Shown: positions 48,842-56,506 of the stretch, in pieces
How the letters are laid out: the number at the start of each line of letters is the position of its first letter
How positions within the stretch are numbered: the stretch's first letter is position 1
Source: a virus
Strand: one strand, 5' to 3'
DNA length: 64,000 bases
IMG/VR virus record: IMGVR_UViG_3300037423_000584
Notes under the pieces: model-generated
What the model was told of the DNA's origin: nothing
Seen by the model: only the letters and a program-made list of their open reading frames with translations
Databases searched by the model: none
Position numbers and translations under genes: made by a program

Positions 48842-49029
48842 TGTAATTCCTTTGCGAATTTTACTTTGTTTATATCAAACCGATATAAACTCTGAGTGTA
48901 ATAAAGTTTATTATTCATAGACTCAACAGACAGAGGGCCGGATAGCTGCCAGCCTTGGGCCAAAAGTTCGTTGATTTCTTTCTCGATCTTTTCTACTTGG
49001 GTTGAGTGAACAATTTTGATTTCATACAT
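48814..49029 (-). CDS. DUF1737-like small protein
   Basis: INELLAQGWQLSG...YTQSL. Confidence 0.6.
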   Translation of the reverse strand: MYEIKIVHSTQVEKIEKEINELLAQGWQLSGPLSVESMNNKLYYTQSLYRFDINKVKFAKELQWPNLERNQ

Positions 49030-49371
49030 AGATATTTTCCTTTCTCTATTAATTATCGTGTTTGTGTCTTTCTATGTTCTGAAAATATCGAGTTTGAATA
49101 CATGGGTCCGAATGATGGGCAACTTTCATACAGCAACGGTTGCCAGAAATAAAATCAGAGGGTGATAAAGAAAATAAGCATTGTTGTTTCTTTATAAAAA
49201 TGGGGGGTTAGAAGAATAAAAGAATATGAACGAAGGATGGGCATCTTCTTTTGGAAGATGCTGAGTGCTAGGGTTAGGGCCGCCCGCGGGGGGCCGCCGC
49301 AAATATCGACTAGTGTATATTTATAAAAACCTGGGGGCGTTAGGGCTTTGTGCGGTACGACAACCGCCTGC

Positions 49372-49386
49372 TGGCACGGCTTTTGC
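49372..49386 (+). promoter_or_regulatory. sigma54-type -24/-12 site
   Basis: TGGCACGGCTTTTGC (GG-N10-GC). Confidence 0.6.
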
Positions 49387-49448
49387 CTACGACATCCTGG
49401 CCGGAAATTTGTCAAATGTCGTACACTACTACGACAATGCGGCCGGTA

Positions 49449-49463
49449 GCAAAGACTGTGCCG
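49449..49463 (-). promoter_or_regulatory. sigma54-type -24/-12 site
   Basis: CGGCACAGTCTTTGC on the minus strand. Confidence 0.55.
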
Positions 49464-49553
49464 GACACCTGCCTAACAACCCCTGAAACTGTAACCCTTG
49501 GCGTGACAACGAGTTACGAAAAAAATGGACCGTTGAGGAATTTGGAACGGCAT

Positions 49554-49568
49554 CGGCACGGCCGTTGC
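49554..49568 (+). promoter_or_regulatory. sigma54-type -24/-12 site
   Basis: CGGCACGGCCGTTGC. Confidence 0.55.
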
Positions 49569-49637
49569 TCTATGTCTCCCGTCCCCACAAGGGACCGACC
49601 CCCGCAACGGGGGGCGTGACAAGTGACAACTAGGCTC

Positions 49638-49666
49638 TTGACTTGCACGCGGGGAGTCTCTACAAT
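49638..49666 (+). promoter_or_regulatory. sigma70 early promoter
   Basis: TTGACT-17 nt-TACAAT at the head of the plus-strand block. Confidence 0.8.
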
Positions 49667-49672
49667 CTCCCC

Positions 49673-50090
49673 GTTAGCCAGTACCGAAACCGAAGCGTCT
49701 GCCATTAGGTAGGTGTCAGGGAGTAGGGAAAGCGGATTATGGAAACTCAGTGTGAGTTTCCCCGCTAAGGGTCTAGACTGGTGACGAACGAAAGGATTGC
49801 CCGACACCTAGTAACAAAAACCTAACGGCCGGTATTAGGAATCTGAGATGGGGACAACCCCTGTTGACTGGTTCTAAGGTACGGGTTGGAGTGAAAATCT
49901 CCCGTTGGCTAACCCAACGCAAGTGAATAGTCGATACCTTAGCTAGATAGGCTTGCCCTATTTGCGTCCCGCAAGGGGTGTGGATTCGGACCCGATGCTA
50001 GCGAACGTAATCGGCCACGGGTTTTTGCGATGGCCCGGAAAATCGCACTAGGTACGTCGTGACGACGTGTATGGGTTTACCCCAGCCTAC
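49673..50090 (+). ncRNA. Structured leader / ncRNA downstream of the early promoter
   Basis: Stems TAGGTGTCAGGG/CCCGACACCTA, GGAAACTCA/TGAGTTTCC, CTAAGGTA/TACCTTAG, CCC-GCAA-GGG, ACGTCG-TGA-CGACGT; no credible ORF. Confidence 0.5.
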
Positions 50091-50165
50091 GGTACATAGA
50101 TGGATGGACCGCTGTACTCTGATATAGGGTAGCTGGGTTTAACGCTCCCATTAAGGTAGGTAGTG

Positions 50166-50285
50166 TTGCTTAACCAGTCTTATCATATATCGGAATATTG
50201 GCAGATGATGCCCGGCCTAGGCTATAAGCCTCAGAGAAAGCCGTTAAACTTGGGATTCGCGTTCCCCTCAGTCCCGCTTGTGTGA
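50166..50285 (+). CDS. Small ORF in stem-enclosed cassette A (about 39 aa)
   Basis: AAGGTAGG at 50153, then GTG/TTG start; MLNQSYHISEYWQMMPGLGYKPQRKPLNLGFAFPSVPLV. Confidence 0.4.
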   Translation: MLNQSYHISEYWQMMPGLGYKPQRKPLNLGFAFPSVPLV

Positions 50286-50545
50286 AGCGATACACTGATA
50301 AAACGCTATAGCGTCCGAAAAGATTCGCTTGTGTGACTAATGCCTTACCAGCGTTCACAAGGAATTGAAGTAGGACCACGATTGGAGTCAGCAACTAATC
50401 CGGAAGCTATTTGGATGGCCACTGGATAGCAGGATGTAAATTAAAGAGCGATTGAACGCTTCTATTCAGAGTATAGCCGTCCGTCCATCTGTGGTAAGTA
50501 AACTAGGTGAGTGGTCCGGCCTACCCTCAGAAAAGGTAGGTAGGT

Positions 50546-50812
50546 ATGCAACGGAACACTACGGTTCAAGAGGAACAGGAACGGCGAGAAGTGCAACGCT
50601 TTGGGAAAGCTTGCCACGAAGCGTTAGACGCTTGCCTTCGTAATGTCGAAAGTGCAAGGGTGACGTTTACTGGTCAAGGCGTGGAAGTGGGTGCAATCTC
50701 TCTCCGCATCGTTAAGACGTATGATGGCGAAAACCGGCCGGTTAGGTTGGTATCGGCATCTGCTACGCTCAAATTGCGTCTAAATGCATCGGCAGCTATC
50801 GAAAACAAGTAG
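50546..50812 (+). CDS. Early hypothetical protein (cassette B)
   Basis: AAGGTAGGTAGGT leader; enclosed by helix 50503-50528/50831-50856. Confidence 0.75.
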   Translation: MQRNTTVQEEQERREVQRFGKACHEALDACLRNVESARVTFTGQGVEVGAISLRIVKTYDGENRPVRLVSASATLKLRLNASAAIENK

Positions 50813-50907
50813 TCGGATCGGCTTCGTGCAGAGGGTACGCCGCACCATTCATCTAGGTTACTAGGATATTGCGAGTCTCCCATAGTCCCCTTACAAGGTA
50901 GGTGATT

Positions 50908-51138
50908 ATGGTTCAACATCTAATCAAAGTCGCCAAAGGTACGATTAATAATCCCGAAATCGTTCGGGTCTATACAATCACTAATGGGATTGTGTCGTAT
51001 CACATGGATTTTGTGGATTGGTTATCGGCTACAGAAATGTATCCCGATGGTTCATTTATCGATATGTTCGATGTTGGGATGCATCGTATCGGTGAAACGT
51101 TGGGGTTTTTCCCCGAAATATCAGCACTGGTCAATTAG
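50908..51138 (+). CDS. Early hypothetical protein (cassette C)
   Basis: AAGGTAGGTG leader, ATG at 50908; enclosed by helix 50865-50893/51147-51175. Confidence 0.75.
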   Translation: MVQHLIKVAKGTINNPEIVRVYTITNGIVSYHMDFVDWLSATEMYPDGSFIDMFDVGMHRIGETLGFFPEISALVN

Positions 51139-51251
51139 CGAACCCATAAGGGTTCTATGGGGGATTCTCAATATCTGAAAACATATCTACGGTATCGGTC
51201 AAGGTTTCACTTTTGAGCAATCCGAAAGGATTGCGGAAGGATGGTATTACC

Positions 51252-51719
51252 ATGACTCAGATCGATACTCCCGTCGAATCCTCTGCCGATGCCACTGAAG
51301 GCCAGCGGCAGGGTGCCGCTCCGGCCGCCCCGAACGCGGATGCGGAGCATTCGACCCGCGTCAAGAAGGTGATGGCCGACGTTCTCAAGCCCGGTTTCGG
51401 GAATGAGAACAAGGATGCCGCATTCACCCGCAAGATCGTGCAGTTGACGTTCCAGCGGGAACTCGGGAACGTGGACATCGCCGACAAGTCGGCCGATTCT
51501 GTGTACGCCGAAGCGTGCAAGCGGATCGCCGACAACGCCGAAGTCGAAGGCCAAGCGTTGAAGGAGCGATATATCGCGTCCGTCACCGCCGTCGCCTTGG
51601 GTGCTACGCGGGCCGTTACCCTTAAGGGTAACGTCACCGCGATGGAAGCGAGCAAGGCATACGTCAATTTCAAGCCGTCGGCCAAGCTCAACAACCAGAC
51701 GTTCTTCAACGCTCTGTAA
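51252..51719 (+). CDS. Early Ala-rich protein with GC-rich codons (cassette D)
   Basis: AAGGATGGT leader, ATG at 51252; enclosed by helix 51181-51198/51751-51768. Confidence 0.8.
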   Translation: MTQIDTPVESSADATEGQRQGAAPAAPNADAEHSTRVKKVMADVLKPGFGNENKDAAFTRKIVQLTFQRELGNVDIADKSADSVYAEACKRIADNAEVEGQALKERYIASVTAVALGATRAVTLKGNVTAMEASKAYVNFKPSAKLNNQTFFNAL

Positions 51720-51782
51720 CAAGATCCAACACTCTAACTGTCTCTAGTTTCCGGTATCGTAGATATGTAGTAGCTTAGATAG

Positions 51783-51824
51783 AACAAGAGGCGACCGGGC
51801 ACCGTGCCCGGCCGCTCTTGTTTG
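51783..51824 (+). terminator. GC-rich hairpin / terminator ending the cassette array
   Basis: AACAAGAG-GCG-A-CCGGGCAC...GTGCCCGG-C-CGC-TCTTGTT. Confidence 0.6.
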
Positions 51825-52187
51825 GGAGATAACTACGACATTATGTCGTACCTAACAAATGTTAGGAACGACGGGGAGTCGTACGACATTCTGACACCGA
51901 ACAGGTGTTAGGGTGTCTTTGTGTCGCACCTAACGCTTGGCTAACCAGGCAAGGTGTCGTACCGAACAAAAGCCAGCCGAACAAAAACCTAACAGCAGAC
52001 TCGGATGCCGACAGGCGGAGAGTCTGCGAGCGGCTGCGGCGAAGTACGGGCAACGTGCTTATGATTACTGTATCGGCAATATAGCTCTCTATGCGTCATT
52101 CTGACGCGGTACTACCAAGTAAGATTGTCACACTGTAAATTCAGGCGATGACAATAAGCTATGGTTAGTACATATATCTTATCCGTA

Positions 52188-53260
52188 ATATAGTTCGCCC
52201 CAACCTTGTGATAGGTTGTCGATGATGCGAACAAATGCGGAGTCAACAGTAGCCAAGTACGGAATTGGCTAGGGTTGTCTTGGTATACTTGTAGGTGTCC
52301 AATGATCCTGAAAGGGTGAATTGGGCGTCGAAACTATATCAGGCTTCTACAGTGACTCTGGTGCCTTGGGTTAGCTCTATCGCGTCCCCTATGCTGTTGG
52401 TCAATAGACTGGCGTATAGGTTCGGTGTGGTATCTAATCTGAGAGCATCCCCTCTTTAGACGTAGAGGGTCAAAGACCGAAGGCAAGGCAAAGCACTACG
52501 TGGACACGTAGATGGTTAGGGATTGATACCTAATGGGTTTCCCTATCCTACCTACCTAATACCACAGTGACTAAGCGGTGCATACCGCATATCCAAACAG
52601 GATAGCAACTGTTAGGGATATGGACTGGAACACTGACGAAGGGGTACATATCTACCATTGAAGGCCAGACGGTTATCGAAGCCGAATGTAGATTCCCCGC
52701 TGATACGAAAGAAACTCTATCGAAGGTGCAAAGGCGAAGTCATCTTAGATGACGAAGTAGCCGATGAGGTCGATAGTGACGAGTAGTTGAATGTGAAATG
52801 AATGGCCTAATTAACATAACCCGAACCCAGGATATCCAAGTAAGAACGGTTGGACAGCTATCACATCGAAAGTCAAGCGATGATGCTGCATCACTTCCTA
52901 GTATGAAAACGGATAGCGTCTTTCCTATAATGACGTAAATGGCTGGGATAACTAAACTTATAGACGATTGTAGGTTGTCGTATAACCTACAGTTTGTAGT
53001 GTAACCATTTCAAAACTTGTCTCATGTAATAGTCCCAAACACAATGCAGTCAGAGCAAAGCTCATTCTGAATCCATTGATTATGCGTGGGTTTCGCTATG
53101 GAGTCCTTTGGACTCAGATTGCAACTCTGTCGTCAAACGACATGGACTAACACAGATTAGGTTTCGAAAGAAACTGATACCTCTCGGTATCGTTTTGGAT
53201 GGAAGCACGAACAACACATGCGGGGATCGGTTCGTGAATAACTGACCGATTCCCTTTTTT
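52188..53260 (+). ncRNA. Large ornate non-coding RNA candidate (about 1.1 kb), family unassigned
   Basis: No ORF of 60 aa or more in six frames; about 20 contiguous hairpins, GAAA tetraloops and long-range stems; ends in a terminator; followed by a tRNA. 5' boundary approximate. Confidence 0.7.
53222..53260 (+). terminator. Terminator with TGAATAA loop
   Basis: GGGGATCGGTT..TGAATAA..GACCGATTCCC followed by a T-run. Confidence 0.8.
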
Positions 53261-53293
53261 CGTTTCCAAATCCAGGTTCTAACTAAAAAGGTA

Positions 53294-53366
53294 GGGCATA
53301 TAGCTCAACGGTTAGAGCAGAGCACTCATAATGCTTTGGTTCTAGGTTCGAATCCTAGTATGCCCA
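53294..53366 (+). tRNA. tRNA with CAT anticodon (Ile2 likely; elongator Met possible)
   Basis: Full cloverleaf GGGCATA...CT-CAT-AA...TTCGAAT...TATGCCC-A; no initiator features; CCA not encoded. Confidence 0.9.
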
Positions 53367-53394
53367 TTGGTCATCTAACAAAGGTAGGTTAGCT

Positions 53395-53481
53395 ATGGTC
53401 AAGTTTGATCGAACGTTCTTGTTCTTGGTTTCGTTCCTCATGCTTGCATGGGGATTGGCAGCGGTCGCGTCCAGGCATTAA
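53395..53481 (+). CDS. Small membrane peptide (28 aa)
   Basis: AAGGTAGGT leader; MVKFDRTFLFLVSFLMLAWGLAAVASRH. Confidence 0.6.
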   Translation: MVKFDRTFLFLVSFLMLAWGLAAVASRH

Positions 53482-53539
53482 TTGCGGCGGCTGCTCGGAA
53501 GGATGGTAAGGAAACCCATTTTTACTAAGGTAGGTAAAT

Positions 53540-53815
53540 ATGCGTCGTTCTCTTCGTTCACTCATGGATGGATCGGCCGTAGGTGGCGTTTGTCATTCGG
53601 TTGAAACTCCTAATCCGCGTAGGGTTGGATTTTATCCCAACGTGGAAGGATTTGAATGGATTCATGATAATTTCGTGAATACCGATCAAATCGTTGAACA
53701 GCAAATCAAGCTGGGATATCATCCGGCCGGTTATGGCGGTCCTTATGATATCAAGCAGGAGCAGAGGGGTGATAAGGTTATTATCACTTGGAAATGCTCT
53801 GATAATTGTGATTAA
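53540..53815 (+). CDS. Hypothetical phage protein
   Basis: AAGGTAGGT leader; QIKLGYHPAGYG...TWKCSDNCD. Confidence 0.75.
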   Translation: MRRSLRSLMDGSAVGGVCHSVETPNPRRVGFYPNVEGFEWIHDNFVNTDQIVEQQIKLGYHPAGYGGPYDIKQEQRGDKVIITWKCSDNCD

Positions 53816-53870
53816 AAATCACTCACAACCTCTGTATCGAAAGATACTTAGGTTGTTTCTACCTACCTTG

Positions 53871-53980
53871 AGAATCCATACATTGAATAGATGTGTGGGT
53901 TCTTTGCTCAGCCAGATGGCAGATAATATTAATAAGTCTGGCTAAAGTCCCATCGATGAATAACTGATGGGATTTTTTAT
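53871..53980 (+). terminator. Two terminator-like hairpins with TGAATA(G/A) loops
   Basis: 53871-53905 and 53944-53980, each followed by a T-run. Confidence 0.65.
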
Positions 53981-54140
53981 TGATAAGTACAGGGTCGCCT
54001 CATAGTAAGCCAATTTCCCCTAGTCAGAGCATATAGGGCTTGCAAGGCTTAAGAATGGGATAACCATCACCCTGTTACATTTAATAACAAATCGCGGTCG
54101 TTGCCGCGAAACATGGATACCATCAAAGGTAGGTATTATC

Positions 54141-54647
54141 ATGGAAAAGCTTCGTCGTCTAATTCTTGACGGTATGAAGAACGTTGACGGTTATATTACC
54201 GTTACTGCTTTAGCTGAGGGTATTAAAAAAATATCATCATTTACTGTTGATGAAGTGAAAACCGAAATCAACCGTATGGTTCTTGATGGGATTTTGGATA
54301 CCTTTTATGCCCGATCCGAAGCGGATTTGGCTATTAGACAGCTTAGTAAGAATAAGCAAAAGGTCTATATTCGAGATTATCTTGTGTCTCGAAATGGTGC
54401 GGTTTATATCTCTAATATTCCTCCCAATCATACTTCTGAACAGTTCAAAAATAGGAAGTATCTTTGGAAGAATAACACTTGGCACGATACGTGCTGTACA
54501 AGGGATCTGATGGATTCGGATAGCAAAAACTATACCGATTATCCGGGGATATGGACTTCCTTGGATGAGGCAATTAAGTTTGCTAAGTCTAAAGGTTACG
54601 ATCCTGTCGATCTAACTGATTCTATAATTCAGTCTCAGGTTATCTAA
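54141..54647 (+). CDS. Hypothetical protein (possible N-terminal winged helix)
   Basis: AAGGTAGGT leader; 168 aa. Confidence 0.7.
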   Translation: MEKLRRLILDGMKNVDGYITVTALAEGIKKISSFTVDEVKTEINRMVLDGILDTFYARSEADLAIRQLSKNKQKVYIRDYLVSRNGAVYISNIPPNHTSEQFKNRKYLWKNNTWHDTCCTRDLMDSDSKNYTDYPGIWTSLDEAIKFAKSKGYDPVDLTDSIIQSQVI

Positions 54648-54678
54648 GGCAATAATTCTTCTAAAGGTAGATACTATT

Positions 54679-54933
54679 ATGAATAACGTTGGCAACATTA
54701 GCGGCAAAACGATGATCACTCGTCATGCTGCTAATATCGTCAGTGAGACGAATCGTACTATGTCCGATAAGCCGGTGGCAGCTATGCAGAACCTTTGCAG
54801 GTTGCAGGGATATGTTACTGGCATGATCGAATCCTTGAAAATCAATGACAAGGAATGGATCGATGCCATGATGCATGGCTTGGATTCGGAGATTTTGAAA
54901 TATTCCAGGCAGATCACTATTCAGCATCCATAG
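54679..54933 (+). CDS. Hypothetical protein
   Basis: AAGGTAGA leader; 84 aa. Confidence 0.65.
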   Translation: MNNVGNISGKTMITRHAANIVSETNRTMSDKPVAAMQNLCRLQGYVTGMIESLKINDKEWIDAMMHGLDSEILKYSRQITIQHP

Positions 54934-55086
54934 TTTTGTATCGGCCTATGGTCCAAAACATACCAAAACCTCATTATTAGCTCAAAAACGAGGATTGGTG
55001 TTGTGTCCGCCTATGGTCAAAAACTGACCTTTCGGGTGTTTATAGGTTTAAATTATTACCATAAACATCCTTCTCATACCTACCTT

Positions 55087-55126
55087 GACACTCGTTATAG
55101 GGAAACCTGTAGCGGGTGTTTCTTTT
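55087..55126 (+). terminator. Terminator with GAAA loop
   Basis: GACACTCGTTATAGG-GAAA-CCTGTAGCGGGTGTT followed by TCTTTT. Confidence 0.7.
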
Positions 55127-55504
55127 GGAAACCGCGTTTTTAGCGTGAAAATGCGAGTTTTGTATTATTTGTGAATCGGTCTAGCAAAATATCACATAAA
55201 CAAACCCGAAAACTCGACAAAAAGCTCCGTTGCCTTATATCTATATGGTATAAGTATAAGAATAATAAAGATTATTGATATTGGATATAGGGATTTAATT
55301 AATAAACCCGATTATTTGTTCAAAAATAAGGGTTTTTTCATAAATTACAAGGAAATTCGCAGTATGCACCCCAATTCTATTCGCCTTAGCTATAAGTATT
55401 ATGGTAATAAGGGTAATAGTTATAAGAAAGAGTATAAGTATAAGGGGTTGTTTAGTAATATTAAGATCAAACCTTGATTTTTAGATCAAAAACGAGGTTT
55501 TAGT

Positions 55505-55615
55505 ATGAATCGTGACAATGTACCATCGTCCACGCTTGTAGTAATAGGTATAGTTTCTATGCTTATTATTATGAGTGTGGGATTAGGTATAATTATATGG
55601 TTTATATGGCCTTAA
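55505..55615 (+). CDS. Small membrane protein (36 aa)
   Basis: GAGG upstream; MNRDNVPSSTLVVIGIVSMLIIMSVGLGIIIWFIWP. Confidence 0.5.
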   Translation: MNRDNVPSSTLVVIGIVSMLIIMSVGLGIIIWFIWP

Positions 55616-55728
55616 ACGGCCGTATAGGCTTTGATCACATGTCTAGTGTAATAGTACATTAAAACCTAATTCTAGGTGAATTGGGAATGTATTGTTAGAT
55701 AGGTATACCAAACAAAGGTAGGTATAGT

Positions 55729-55827
55729 ATGCCGTTTGAATACAATAGCGATTATAAGATCGATTGGAACAACGAAGAAGATATGGATTGGTTGATGAAC
55801 CATATCGATTCGTATCTCAGTCGATAG
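55729..55827 (+). CDS. Small acidic protein (32 aa)
   Basis: AAGGTAGGT leader; MPFEYNSDYKIDWNNEEDMDWLMNHIDSYLSR. Confidence 0.6.
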   Translation: MPFEYNSDYKIDWNNEEDMDWLMNHIDSYLSR

Positions 55828-55868
55828 TTATTTGATCTTGGGACTCTGATTTAAAAGGTAGGTGATCA

Positions 55869-56090
55869 ATGAAAGTTAATGTGGTTTTAAAGAATGCAGA
55901 CTTTACAGAATGTAGAGGTCCGATGCTTTTCCATAAAGTCTTTGTCGATCTAGACAAAGCTGTGGAATATGTAAAAGGACAAAGTGGGATATTTGGGGGT
56001 CAGCAGTACGATAAACCTTCTTCGTTTTCTTCCAAAAACAGATTAAGTTTTAATGGTTTTGATATCCTTACCGATATCGAACTTGAATAG
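55869..56090 (+). CDS. Hypothetical phage protein
   Basis: AAAGGTAGGTGATC leader; NADFTECRGPM. Confidence 0.7.
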   Translation: MKVNVVLKNADFTECRGPMLFHKVFVDLDKAVEYVKGQSGIFGGQQYDKPSSFSSKNRLSFNGFDILTDIELE

Positions 56091-56101
56091 GGCAGAATCG
56101 T

Positions 56102-56269
56102 ATGAAACAGAACACTCTCTTTAAGACTCATAAGTTGTTTCAAACAACAGAAAAAGATGGTTTGTGGGGAGGAAAGATCACAATCTATCGTTGCTCTTGT
56201 TGCGGAAAACGATGGAGTGGTATTGGTAAAAAGCCTTCTGCTGGTGAAAGATGCAGAGGGAAGAATTGA
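56102..56269 (+). CDS. Small Cys-containing protein (55 aa)
   Basis: YRCSCCGKRW Zn-ribbon-like motif. Confidence 0.5.
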   Translation: MKQNTLFKTHKLFQTTEKDGLWGGKITIYRCSCCGKRWSGIGKKPSAGERCRGKN

Positions 56270-56506
56270 TATATAGTCCAAATTGCTAAGTGTTTGGCTA
56301 GGACCCTGATACTGAATAAGTATTAGGGTCTTTTTGTAATAATAATCCTGAAACGGCAGGATGGGTTATCAAGTAAAAAAGAGATATAGCCGTCAACTTA
56401 TCTCTTCTCTGATAAGACGGACCAGCGATGGTACACTGGTTATTATTACATTGAAATTCTAATATCGAAAGATGTTAGAGTTTCTTTATTTTAAAGGTAG
56501 GTTAAA

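Noticed and set aside
62-48920. Numerous plus-strand ORFs of 60-137 aa in the track across the structural block
   Set aside because: Antisense shadows of long minus-strand genes; no RBS or recognisable motifs
49155-49807. Overlapping ORFs on both strands in the GC-rich junction
   Set aside because: Explained by high GC; no leader motif; they overlap promoters and repeats
50095-51768. Integron cassette array or IS/MITE interpretation of the flanking inverted repeats
   Set aside because: Arms enclose genes rather than lying between them, lack attC RYYYAAC/GTTRRRY ends and differ between units; no integrase or transposase in the window; G-U pattern favours RNA pairing
51207-52053. Minus-strand ORFs 51207-51722, 51257-51709 and 51862-52053
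   Set aside because: Antisense to the codon-biased plus-strand gene or within the repeat block; no RBS
52188-53260. Assignment of the large RNA as group I/II intron, RNase P, tmRNA, rRNA fragment or GOLLD/ROOL
   Set aside because: No interrupted host gene, domain V, GAGGAAAGUCC core or tRNA-like termini recognised; GOLLD/ROOL cannot be excluded without a covariance-model search, so left unassigned
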